Below the pieces are notes generated by a model. The model worked only from the letters and a program-made list of their open reading frames with translations. It was not told where the DNA came from and did not search any database. The position numbers and the translations under genes are program-made. From a virus, in the IMG/VR virus record IMGVR_UViG_3300045988_164457, positions 32,001-96,000 of that record: a stretch of DNA of 64,000 nucleotides; one strand, given 5' to 3'. This document shows, in pieces, positions 1 to 9,193 of the stretch (positions are counted from its first letter, which is position 1; each line of letters begins with the position of its first letter).

Positions 1-1
1 A

Positions 2-1804
2 AATAAGGAAGACCCTGCTACTGTAAAACAATTCAAGAAAGATAATAAAGAAAAGAAACATCTTCTTGAAATGGAACAGATTACAGAGCAAGAGTATTAT
101 GATTGGCTTGACAGTAAAAGCCATCGTGTTTATGGTAATCTTGCTGATTATCAAGATGAGCTTTGGAAGCACGAAGAAGAGGTTTATAACTGGAGACAGG
201 AACAAGAACAAAAGCTCTTCGACAAGAAAATTGACAACCTTGAAAAGCTGGCTGACAAGGCACTTGATAATTACAAGGACGGAGACGGTAACGAGCTTAC
301 AGTTACAGCAAGTTTTGATTATGCACGTGAACAGATAAACAAGGCTATTACCGAAACTCAGGCAAGAATTGACGGTATCAGAAACGGTACTATAAGTGGT
401 GACACTGACGATATAGAGGCACTTATAGATGACCTTGACAGTCTTTATGACAAGTTTATTGATATCAATAAGAAGGAAATCGAATCAGAAAAGGATTATA
501 TCAGTGAACTCAAAGACGATTATTCTGATATGATGGATGAGCGTATTGATAAGGTTGATGAGCTTTCTGATAAGATTGAAAAGAGCTATGACAAGCAAAT
601 AGATGCTATTGACAAACAAATAGATGCTCTTGAAAAAGTCAAGGACACTGAGGATAGAATCAAGAAAATCAAGGACGCTCAACTTGCTGTTAAGGAAAAG
701 GAGCAAGCTCTTGACGAAGCTAAACGTGAAGATGCTAAGAACAATTACGTTTACTTTGACGGAACTGGAATGTCTGTACAGACTTCTGATGAAAATCAGA
801 AAAAGGCACAGGAGGAGCTTGATGAAAGTAAGAAAGACCTTGAAGAAGCTTATCGTGATGAACAAATCAGTGTACTTAAAGACCAAAAGGATATCCTTGA
901 GGAACAGAAAGACACTGCTAAAGATTATTACGATAACGTAAAGGACAATCTTGAAAAACAGAAAACACAGGGTGAAAAGACCTATGAAGCTGTTGAGAAG
1001 ATTTATGAGCAGCTTGGCGGTGACAAGAAACAGACTTCTTCCAACGCCGAACTTGTTAAAAAGCTTTCTAAGTCAGGTGATATATCTAAGGCAATGTCTG
1101 AATTGTCTGATACTGAACGTCAGAAAGCTATTGATACAGGCGTTGTCAAGATACAGCCTAACGGTGATTATACTTTTGATTATTCTGCCTTTGAAAAGTA
1201 TTCAAGTACGGTAGATGACAATACACTTGCTACACAGGATTTAACTTCTATTCTTAAAGACATAGTTACTCAGACTAATACTGATAATAAGGATAAGACT
1301 GATAATTCTATGGTTGCAGGTGGCTTTAATCTTGTTGCTGACCCTAAGACAGGCAAACTTACTAAGAAACAAGTTATGGTCAATGGTGAAGTTGTTGAGG
1401 GATTAGGTCACAAGGTCTATGCTACTTCTAAGGAAGAGTGGCAAGGACATAATAACAGTGAAAGGACAAGCAAGGGAAGCTTTGCTGGTTATGATACGTT
1501 TATTGACTTTATGAGGGCTGTTAGTGCTGGAAAGGTGGATATTAGTCCTCTTACTAATGCGTTCAATAGTGACTATAATCCTATTGTTGACAGAATGAAT
1601 AAGTCTGTGAGTGATACCATTAACAATGTTTCTAACAGCAATGTTAATAATAACATCAATAACAAACCTGTTGTAAATCTTACTGTAAATGTTGAAGGCA
1701 GTGCTGATAAAAAGACTGTCGAAGCATTTAGGAATGTGGTCACTAAAGAAATTGGCACTGCTTTTGATGAATTTGGAAAAGCAGTACGTAATGCTAAAGT
1801 TTAA
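2..1804 (+). CDS. Tail tape-measure-like coiled-coil structural protein, C-terminal part (5' end outside window)
   Basis: The reading frame is open from nt 2, upstream of the listed ATG at 71. It has long D/E/K-rich coiled-coil stretches and sits directly upstream of the tail/baseplate genes. Confidence 0.45.
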   Translation, partial: NKEDPATVKQFKKDNKEKKHLLEMEQITEQEYYDWLDSKSHRVYGNLADYQDELWKHEEEVYNWRQEQEQKLFDKKIDNLEKLADKALDNYKDGDGNELTVTASFDYAREQINKAITETQARIDGIRNGTISGDTDDIEALIDDLDSLYDKFIDINKKEIESEKDYISELKDDYSDMMDERIDKVDELSDKIEKSYDKQIDAIDKQIDALEKVKDTEDRIKKIKDAQLAVKEKEQALDEAKREDAKNNYVYFDGTGMSVQTSDENQKKAQEELDESKKDLEEAYRDEQISVLKDQKDILEEQKDTAKDYYDNVKDNLEKQKTQGEKTYEAVEKIYEQLGGDKKQTSSNAELVKKLSKSGDISKAMSELSDTERQKAIDTGVVKIQPNGDYTFDYSAFEKYSSTVDDNTLATQDLTSILKDIVTQTNTDNKDKTDNSMVAGGFNLVADPKTGKLTKKQVMVNGEVVEGLGHKVYATSKEEWQGHNNSERTSKGSFAGYDTFIDFMRAVSAGKVDISPLTNAFNSDYNPIVDRMNKSVSDTINNVSNSNVNNNINNKPVVNLTVNVEGSADKKTVEAFRNVVTKEIGTAFDEFGKAVRNAKV

Positions 1805-1844
1805 ACACTTTTGATGTTTGACTTTTGTATAAAAATATAGTAAA

Positions 1845-1880
1845 ATAGAGCGTGAACCTTATCTTCACGCTCTATTGTTT
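1845..1880. terminator. Bidirectional rho-independent terminator
   Basis: Hairpin ATAGAGCGTGAA...TTCACGCTCTAT is followed by a T-run. It lies between the stop of the + ORF (1804) and the stop of the - ORF (1891). Confidence 0.6.
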
Positions 1881-1890
1881 ATTTTTATGC

Positions 1891-2319
1891 TTAAAGTGAA
1901 TAAGTTCTTATTGCAGAAACAATACTATCCGTGTACCAATTTACAGTTGTAGTTGCAACGGAGCTAACTTCTGTTGGCATATTTACATTTCCACGAGGTT
2001 TGATTGCAATGATAGGTTTTCCCATTGCTACTGCGCAATCTAATTCATACTGCATCCATTCACGATTATTATAGTACATTCCCGATATAACTAAAACACA
2101 ATTTACAGGTCTGATTTTTCTTAAAATAGCATCTTTAATTTGTGTTTTATTGGTAACGGAAGTACCATCTAAATTTATAAGAGGATTGTCTTTTGGAGCT
2201 GAATAATTATAATACTTAAAATTAGGAGCTTCTTCCAATAAATCATTTAAGTGAATGTAATCATCGCCGTATTTCCAAGCATGACTAATAAATAAATGGT
2301 ATGGCTTTAACTCTGGCAT
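1891..2319 (-). CDS. TIR-like domain protein (DUF1863/MTH538-type)
   Basis: Motifs 'YHLFISHAWKYGDDY', 'VLVISGMYYNNREWMQYELDCA' and 'GKPIIAIKP' are present. The start was set at the ATG of 'MPELKPY' (2319); the longer ORF to 2457 has a low-complexity, implausible N-terminus. Confidence 0.7.
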   Translation of the reverse strand: MPELKPYHLFISHAWKYGDDYIHLNDLLEEAPNFKYYNYSAPKDNPLINLDGTSVTNKTQIKDAILRKIRPVNCVLVISGMYYNNREWMQYELDCAVAMGKPIIAIKPRGNVNMPTEVSSVATTTVNWYTDSIVSAIRTYSL

Positions 2320-2376
2320 ATAAATTACAACCTTTCTAAAATAAAAATTTAAACAATTCCATAAGGAGGAATTATT

Positions 2377-2577
2377 TTGAATACTAATGTAAAAAAATAT
2401 CGTAAGAAGCCTGTTGTAATTGAGGCATATCAAACTGACAAGGAAATTGTTATTCACACATTAGAGGGCGATATGATAGCATCTGTTGGGGATTATATTA
2501 TCACGGGTGTGAATGGAGAACAATACCCTTGCAAACCTGATATCTTTGAAAAGACTTACGAATCTGTAGAAGATTGA
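2377..2577 (+). CDS. Small phage protein, PGDYG-like
   Basis: TTG start lies 6 nt after AAGGAGGA. The motif '[26 protein letters not shown]' resembles small PGDYG-domain phage proteins. The gene sits between the TIR and SLATT genes on the opposite strand. Confidence 0.55.
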   Translation: MNTNVKKYRKKPVVIEAYQTDKEIVIHTLEGDMIASVGDYIITGVNGEQYPCKPDIFEKTYESVED

Positions 2578-3053
2578 CTTACTTTGCTTTGCCATGTTGA
2601 AAATTCTTTAGTAAAATACTGCTCACAATTACTAACTAAGGTATCAAATGCCACGTCTGGGTTGTTAGAATTGTAGGGCGGTATTTTATTTATAAATTTT
2701 GAAGCTTCACTTTTCAGCATCTCGCAATTCATGCGATATTGAACCCATAAGTCTTTAAAGGTGTTTATATTTATTATGTAGGTGATTACCGAGACGGCTG
2801 AACCAGCAATGGCAATTAATATATTAACTAATGGTTTTTCTTCAAAAAGTGTTAATATTGGAATTGAAGAAGATATTATAACAGATATGACAGATAAAAC
2901 TTTGTAGTATTTTTGATTATGTTTTGCTTTTTTATCATACCATTGTATTTGGTCAAGCAATCTGTTCTTTAAATATCTTTGTTGTTTTTCAGTGTATTCA
3001 CTGTAATCTATCGGAAGGTCTATTATGTAGTTTTCATTTGATTTTTTACACAT
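2556..3053 (-). CDS. SLATT / DUF4231-like two-TM effector protein
   Basis: '[17 protein letters not shown]' is followed by two hydrophobic helices ([19 protein letters not shown] and [20 protein letters not shown]) and then '[18 protein letters not shown]'. The start was set at the 2nd ATG (3053), which follows a TGGAG RBS. Confidence 0.7.
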   Translation of the reverse strand: MCKKSNENYIIDLPIDYSEYTEKQQRYLKNRLLDQIQWYDKKAKHNQKYYKVLSVISVIISSSIPILTLFEEKPLVNILIAIAGSAVSVITYIININTFKDLWVQYRMNCEMLKSEASKFINKIPPYNSNNPDVAFDTLVSNCEQYFTKEFSTWQSKVSQSSTDS

Positions 3054-3098
3054 TTTATGCTCCATTTTTCACTGTAACGAGTTGTATTGTATAAGTAT

Positions 3099-3127
3099 AT
3101 TGTATGCTATATTAAGAATAATTTCAA
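3099..3127 (-). promoter_or_regulatory. Sigma-A type promoter for the SLATT gene
   Basis: On the minus strand: TTGAAA, 17 nt, TACAAT, about 45 nt upstream of the start codon. Confidence 0.45.
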
Positions 3128-3252
3128 GTGAAATTTTGTATATTATGGCAAATTCCATAATATTAACAAGTTTTAACAAAATATATTGTTGATAAGCGAC
3201 AAAAGCATATAGTTGAAATATAGACTATTAAGAATATAAGGAAAGGATTGTT

Positions 3253-3726
3253 ATGGATTACAAAAGACAAATTTTAAATTGTGCCAACGAACTTATACAT
3301 AAAAACAATTCACAAATCAATAAATCTAATTTTGATAAAACCTATATTGGTAAAGTAATAGGTTCAATAAAAGATGATAATGAAAAAGTAGTACGTTGGC
3401 AGATATTCGCAAATGCTTCTACTTTTAATGTGCTTGCTGAAAATTGTAATGTTATTGCAGTAGGTCAGCGTGTGAGAATGTTTATACCCAGTAATCAGAG
3501 AGATATGGTTTATGCAGAGGTTATAACCGACTATGAGTTTAACCACCCATCGAAAGCGGTATATGATGCCGAAAAATGCACTGTAACGGAGACTTGGCTG
3601 CTTTCCGACAAGACGGAAGAGACAAGGGTATTTACTCTGACTGTCAAGGACAAGGGCGGTTCATCGGAAGAAGTCACAGCGATCACTTTCCCCGATGGCA
3701 GTGTTATGAGTTTGGAGGGATTTTGA
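3253..3726 (+). CDS. Hypothetical tail-module protein
   Basis: AAGGAAAGGA RBS is present and the stop overlaps the next start (TGATG). No motif was recognised. Confidence 0.6.
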   Translation: MDYKRQILNCANELIHKNNSQINKSNFDKTYIGKVIGSIKDDNEKVVRWQIFANASTFNVLAENCNVIAVGQRVRMFIPSNQRDMVYAEVITDYEFNHPSKAVYDAEKCTVTETWLLSDKTEETRVFTLTVKDKGGSSEEVTAITFPDGSVMSLEGF

Positions 3727-5609
3727 TGGACGTTAAAGAGACTTTGACAAGATGGGCAAGAGCTTACATGGAGCCGAGTTTGTTTTATGTGCCTGCGAAG
3801 AAGAATGACGAATATTACACAGTAACAATAATTCCCCGCTTCAATTATTTTGATGTTTACGAAGAAAAGATTAAAAAACGAGCAACTTTCCTCGAAGTGT
3901 ATAAAGAAACTACCACCAAGAATTTACAGCAATATTATGGTGGTATAGGATATGGTTTAAACGAAAGCGACTATTATATAGCTTTTGATGAAAACGGAAA
4001 CATAGCAGATAGCACTGCTTGGAAAGATTATTTTTCAGCAGCAAAATTGTCATACAAAGAAGAAAAAGATTTTTATACCATTGAAACATATAATATTGAT
4101 GATTCGTTGAAAATGTTAAACTCCCCAGCTCAAAACATGCGAGTTATAAAGAATATATCCAGTTTAAAAGAAGCTGAAGATATTTTTAATGCTGGAGATA
4201 CAGGCTATGGTACCAATGATTACGGAACGCATTTTGGTAAAAACTATAATTATTATTCGCAGACTATTTTATTTATTTTATCTTCAGGTGAAATATATGC
4301 GTGGATAGATACTTTACCAGCAACAGCGGTAGATACTTCACGAACATATGAAAGAAAAGAAGTTGGAAAATATAATTACGACACTAACAAATACATTTTT
4401 AACGATAAAGATTTTTATCAAAAATATATCATGGTAGGATTTAAATATTCTTTAGCTGATTATCAAAAATATTCTTCTGGTATAGTTAATAATTATACAA
4501 AATATCCTGGAAACTGCGAATATCATTCATTTTTACGTCTAAAAAAGGGTAAATACAAAATTTTGCAAGCCCTTTCATGTAGAGGTTGCCCTGTTATTCG
4601 ATCGCAAGAAATTACAGTAGATAAAAATATGATTCTATACTGTGATGTGGTTTTAGATGGAGTAATTTTGAGGACAAATGTAAAATATTCATCTATACCA
4701 TATCATTTACTATATAATCATCCAGACAGTAGCTGGAGAGATAAATGGGAAATTAGCTATGGCACATATGGCTCATTCGTAACTGAAACTAATACTTATA
4801 GACTATCTGATTATAAGCATTTAATTAAACAAACACTTGCTGAATGGAGTGGAGACGGTAGCAATATTCCAGCAACAGACTGTGAATATACCAATTACTA
4901 CACTGGAAACTCAATCATGTTTACATATAAAAGTCCAACTTGGAAACCAACTGAAATTACGTCTGTCATGACTGATAATATTGCATATAAACGATTTTTA
5001 ACTAATGAGGAATTATCTAAATTAACAAATTATACGTCTCATGGCGTACAAATGAGCAGTAGCTTAAAAGGTGTGTCTTTTCAAGATACCGCTATAGTAC
5101 CCACTTTTTACTTAAATGCTTCTCAAAATGAAGATTATACATATACGCCTCCTACATGGGAAGAAATTGAAGGAGCAATCGAAAGTTTGAGTATTGTCGA
5201 ATGGTTTACACCGATAGAAATAGACAGCGATGGTAGGAAAATTTATCCAAAGAAAGAAATAAAAAAAGGACAGAGTATTTGGAGTATTGAACCCGCTCAA
5301 TTAAGAGAGCTATCTGGGTATAATATGGAGATTGGAGATTTTCTTTCAGATAAAGTATATGCTTTTACCGATTCAATCGCAAATAGAGTAATCGAATACC
5401 AAAAATCAGACGACGCAGACATTGATAAAATTCGTGCTTATGGGAATCGTCAAATATGTTATTTTAACACAGCCAAAGAAAGCTTTTATAAAAATTATCT
5501 TACAATAGTATCTGCTGAAATAAACGTATTGGATAGTTGGACTGAAGAAAAACATGAAGAAGCGTTTGACTTCGTAGCGCAGAAACTATATGAAGAACAA
5601 CTTAAATAA
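3726..5609 (+). CDS. Hypothetical large structural (tail/baseplate) protein
   Basis: The start was set at 'MDVKETL', coupled to the upstream stop. The listed ORF start at 3576 would overlap the previous gene by 150 nt. Confidence 0.6.
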   Translation: MDVKETLTRWARAYMEPSLFYVPAKKNDEYYTVTIIPRFNYFDVYEEKIKKRATFLEVYKETTTKNLQQYYGGIGYGLNESDYYIAFDENGNIADSTAWKDYFSAAKLSYKEEKDFYTIETYNIDDSLKMLNSPAQNMRVIKNISSLKEAEDIFNAGDTGYGTNDYGTHFGKNYNYYSQTILFILSSGEIYAWIDTLPATAVDTSRTYERKEVGKYNYDTNKYIFNDKDFYQKYIMVGFKYSLADYQKYSSGIVNNYTKYPGNCEYHSFLRLKKGKYKILQALSCRGCPVIRSQEITVDKNMILYCDVVLDGVILRTNVKYSSIPYHLLYNHPDSSWRDKWEISYGTYGSFVTETNTYRLSDYKHLIKQTLAEWSGDGSNIPATDCEYTNYYTGNSIMFTYKSPTWKPTEITSVMTDNIAYKRFLTNEELSKLTNYTSHGVQMSSSLKGVSFQDTAIVPTFYLNASQNEDYTYTPPTWEEIEGAIESLSIVEWFTPIEIDSDGRKIYPKKEIKKGQSIWSIEPAQLRELSGYNMEIGDFLSDKVYAFTDSIANRVIEYQKSDDADIDKIRAYGNRQICYFNTAKESFYKNYLTIVSAEINVLDSWTEEKHEEAFDFVAQKLYEEQLK

Positions 5610-5626
5610 AGGACGGTGAATAAAAA

Positions 5627-6157
5627 ATGAAATTTAATGGGATTGAAATTTGGGACGATACTGGTCTCTGCTTTTACACAGATGTTGAAATCAGTGAAGA
5701 TAATACTCATAACAGGGCAGCTGATGTTAAAGTCTCAAAGAATAACAAATTTCCTTATGTTATCCGAGATGGCGAAGCATCTTACTGGACTGGTACAATA
5801 AACGGATTATGGCTTGATAATTCAGAGGGAGCTTGTAAAGAAGATTTTAATCTTGATACATCTACAGCTTGGATAGTTGCTCTTGCAGAATGGTTACATA
5901 ATGGGAAGCCTAAGAAGTTAAAACTTTCTGAGGATTGGATAATGACTGTTGAAATCCAGTCTGAAGTACAATTAAATTGTGAAACCTCGGTAGATGTGGC
6001 TTATAATAACAAATTGTCTTGTAGTTGGGTTCAGACAGAAGAGCGTTATACATCAGATAATATAAAACCTTTACACTGTCCTAAATGCAATACTACTGTT
6101 GTACCCACTGCGGTATATTGTCAGAAATGTGGCACAAAGTTGGTGAATAGTGTATGA
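5627..6157 (+). CDS. Tail protein with C-terminal zinc ribbon (weakly distal-tail-protein-like N-terminus)
   Basis: C-terminus carries 'HCPKCNTTVVPTAVYCQKCGTKL' (CxxC...CxxC). The gene is positioned in the tail module. Confidence 0.5.
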   Translation: MKFNGIEIWDDTGLCFYTDVEISEDNTHNRAADVKVSKNNKFPYVIRDGEASYWTGTINGLWLDNSEGACKEDFNLDTSTAWIVALAEWLHNGKPKKLKLSEDWIMTVEIQSEVQLNCETSVDVAYNNKLSCSWVQTEERYTSDNIKPLHCPKCNTTVVPTAVYCQKCGTKLVNSV

Positions 6158-7902
6158 GTGTTGTAGAAAATTTTAATTTACACTATGATATTGCCCAACC
6201 AGTCAAAGAAAACTATTTCAATCCCAAAGAATATAATTCCAATGTGATAACCCACATTATATTTAGGGCGTATCAATATAGTTCTGATATTGTAAATAGT
6301 GCAAAATATGAGGACTTCTCCCCTAACGTTGTGGATTGGTCTTATTCTGCAAGTGTAGATAATGAATCACGTCAAAGTGCAAATGTGACACTTCATGTTC
6401 CCAAAGACAGTAAAATGTGGTTCATGCGAAGAGAGCATTTACAATATGCAGGTTATGATGATGAGTTAGGTTATTTTATCAACGTAGGTTGGAATCCTGT
6501 AATGTACCGCTTGATGTGTGATTTTGAATTACCTGACGGCACTAAGAACAGGGTAGATTTTGGTTTCTTTATTCCTACAGATGATAAATATGACTATGAT
6601 GCAACTACAAGTACATTTACAATGTCTTTAATTGGCTGTTCTGGAAGCTTTAAGTCCGAATATGGTGGCAGTCTTGTTACTTCGAGAATAGGATATCTTG
6701 AAACAGATAAAGAGGGAAATCAAAGAGAAGTAGGATTCCCTTTAGGTATTCACATTGCAAATGATACACCTATTACATCTGATTTTATACGTCAGTTTGT
6801 TGAAAAGAATAATACGTTTTTTAGACAGAACAATTCGGAAGTTCCCGTTAAAAACATTTACATAGATGGCTTAGATTTTTACGATACGGTAAAGTATTAT
6901 GAATTTGAAGAGGGCAGTTCTGTCAGTGACATTTTAAATAGTATTCTTGAAGATAGTATGCAGAATTACACATACTGGATAGACGAAAAGGATAATCTAA
7001 GAATACAAAAGAAGTCTCCCCTGCTATATGGGGATTTGCTTATGCACTACAGGGATTATAGCAGATTGGTTATTAGTGAGGGGGCAAGCTATACTGATAG
7101 TGACACTATAAGCTATGCAGAAGTCTATGGTAAAGGCGGTAATTATTATGGATATTGTGATTGGGCTATGTATAACTTTGATGTTATCAGAAGCAAAGTA
7201 TTTAATTGTTCTGAGCTTGACACTGATGAAAAATGCAGAAATAGAGCAAGGTGGGAATGTTACAAAGGTCTATACGGACATGAGACCTTTGACATAACTC
7301 TCGTGGGTATTTACATTGCTCAGTTTCAATATCCCTCTATGGTTGTTGGCAGAAGCATTGAGTACACGACTATGAATGGTGATACCAATGTTTATACTAT
7401 TAAAAGCATAGGTTATTCAAATCACGAATGGACTTTGGGATTATCTATTTATAGACCTTATTATACTGATGAAAAGACGGATTTATCCTCTGAGACAAGA
7501 AACAAGTATATGCTTGAAAAACCAGTTATATTCAAACATGAAATTGACGGTAATAAAATTAAGTTATATGTAAAATCCAAGGATATAGGAATATCTCTTG
7601 TAAAGTTATATATGAGAGCTAATTTTATTGGAGAAAGCGTTGATACCGATGGAACAGCTAATCTTGAGTGGCTTGATGAAGATGCTTACAAAGTTATAAC
7701 TTATACTATTCCAGAAGATAATCAGACTTATTTATTTAGTGTACAACTATACAATCCTCAATATGAAATGTCTTTATTGAGCAACACTTATGTTGTAGAT
7801 GTTGGAACAGTTGATGATAAATATTATAAGACTAATGATGGTAAGTATATTGAAGTTATTAAAAATCACAAGACCGAATTGTTAGAAAGGGCGGTGGAAT
7901 AA
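6154..7902 (+). CDS. Baseplate/tail-tip structural protein
   Basis: 582-aa ORF that is translationally coupled at both ends (ATGA overlaps). No specific motif was recognised. Confidence 0.55.
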   Translation: MSVVENFNLHYDIAQPVKENYFNPKEYNSNVITHIIFRAYQYSSDIVNSAKYEDFSPNVVDWSYSASVDNESRQSANVTLHVPKDSKMWFMRREHLQYAGYDDELGYFINVGWNPVMYRLMCDFELPDGTKNRVDFGFFIPTDDKYDYDATTSTFTMSLIGCSGSFKSEYGGSLVTSRIGYLETDKEGNQREVGFPLGIHIANDTPITSDFIRQFVEKNNTFFRQNNSEVPVKNIYIDGLDFYDTVKYYEFEEGSSVSDILNSILEDSMQNYTYWIDEKDNLRIQKKSPLLYGDLLMHYRDYSRLVISEGASYTDSDTISYAEVYGKGGNYYGYCDWAMYNFDVIRSKVFNCSELDTDEKCRNRARWECYKGLYGHETFDITLVGIYIAQFQYPSMVVGRSIEYTTMNGDTNVYTIKSIGYSNHEWTLGLSIYRPYYTDEKTDLSSETRNKYMLEKPVIFKHEIDGNKIKLYVKSKDIGISLVKLYMRANFIGESVDTDGTANLEWLDEDAYKVITYTIPEDNQTYLFSVQLYNPQYEMSLLSNTYVVDVGTVDDKYYKTNDGKYIEVIKNHKTELLERAVE

Positions 7903-9191
7903 TGGCATATATTTACGATTTAGACCCTATTACAAGTTTAAATGATGCAGATGTGTTTATTCTGAATACATCTAATCACGTTGATAAAAAAATCAGTTGG
8001 CAAGTGCTGTCTAACCAAATGTTGGACAAGGTACATACCCACACAAATATGCAAATTCTTGATAAATTCGGTACGAATAGCGAAGGAAAATTAACATGGG
8101 AAGACACGGTAGTGGGCAGCGATTATACCCTCCCGGCAGCGACTACTTCCGCTCTGGGTGGCGTTAAGCCCGATGGTAATACAATAACCATCGATGAAGA
8201 TGGTACTATCCACGGAGCAACAACTTACACACTTCCAACAGCAAGCACCATAGTTCTGGGTGGTGTTAAAGTCGATGGTACAACTATTACTATTGACAGC
8301 AACGGCGTTATAAAGGGCAGTGAAGCGCAGCCTTATACTCTGCCCATAGCTACCACTACGATTTTGGGCGGTGTCAAGCCAGACGGTGAGACTATTAAGG
8401 TCAGCCCCGAGGGAGTAATTACCTGTATTAACGATAGTGCTATCCCAAGCTGGGTTACAAATACAGCATATATTGTTGATAATTTGGTTGTTTATGGTAC
8501 AACCATTTATCAATGTACTGAGGCTCACACATCAGGGACTGAGTTTAACACGACTTATTGGACTGCTTTGACAGGACAGCAGGGCGAAAAGGGTGACAAG
8601 GGTGCTGATGGTGTCTCCCCTACTGCAAAAGTCACACAGACTGAGCTTGGAGCAACAATATCTGTTACAGACAGTTCGGGTACTACAACGGCGAATATAT
8701 CTAATGGTACATCGGCTATGCTGTCGGTATCACAGACTGAAACAGGTTGTACGGTAACTGCGACTGATAGCTCGGGAACAACTACTGCTACTGTCTCTAA
8801 CGGTACAAATGGTACTAATGGAGATGATGGAAAGTCGGCGTATGCTATAGCAGTCGAAGAAGGTTTTAGCGGTGATGAGGCTGCATGGCTCAGGAGCCTG
8901 AAAGGTATAACAACCGTAACGTCAAGCGCTGTAAATTTGACAGGAACGTTAACAGCTGATGGCTGGTCTGACACTGCTCCTTATATTCAGACTGTCGCCG
9001 TAACCGGTTTAGCCGAGGACGGATATCCTATTCTGGATTTAATTACATCAGCAGATACTACAACTGGAATTAACGAAAATAAGCAGTGGGCGTACATCAC
9101 AAAGGCGACAACTGCCGAAAATACACTGACAGTAAAATGCTATGAGAAAAAGCCTACTATTGCTTTGAATTTCGTCATAAAGGTGGTGTAA
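7902..9191 (+). CDS. Tail fibre protein with internal repeats
   Basis: Three 'YTLPxATTxxLGGVKxDGxTIxI' repeats are present. There is also a short collagen-like stretch 'GQQGEKGDKGADG' and two 'TDSSGTTTAxxSNGT' repeats. Confidence 0.7.
   Translation: MAYIYDLDPITSLNDADVFILNTSNHVDKKISWQVLSNQMLDKVHTHTNMQILDKFGTNSEGKLTWEDTVVGSDYTLPAATTSALGGVKPDGNTITIDEDGTIHGATTYTLPTASTIVLGGVKVDGTTITIDSNGVIKGSEAQPYTLPIATTTILGGVKPDGETIKVSPEGVITCINDSAIPSWVTNTAYIVDNLVVYGTTIYQCTEAHTSGTEFNTTYWTALTGQQGEKGDKGADGVSPTAKVTQTELGATISVTDSSGTTTANISNGTSAMLSVSQTETGCTVTATDSSGTTTATVSNGTNGTNGDDGKSAYAIAVEEGFSGDEAAWLRSLKGITTVTSSAVNLTGTLTADGWSDTAPYIQTVAVTGLAEDGYPILDLITSADTTTGINENKQWAYITKATTAENTLTVKCYEKKPTIALNFVIKVV
8124..8426 (+). repeat. 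Three tandem ~34-aa coding repeats inside the tail fibre gene
   Basis: YTLPAATTSALGGVKPDGNTITI / YTLPTASTIVLGGVKVDGTTITI / YTLPIATTTILGGVKPDGETIKV. Confidence 0.8.
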
Positions 9192-9193
9192 AT

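Noticed and set aside
2320-2457. N-terminal 46-aa extension of the TIR-like ORF
   Set aside because: The extension is low-complexity and would run across the RBS and start of the plus-strand small gene. The TIR-like domain begins right after the internal ATG.
8091-8974. Two minus-strand ORFs (145 aa and 139 aa) inside the tail fibre gene
   Set aside because: They are the antisense of a repeat-containing fibre gene. The open frames are explained by the repeat and GC-richer composition.
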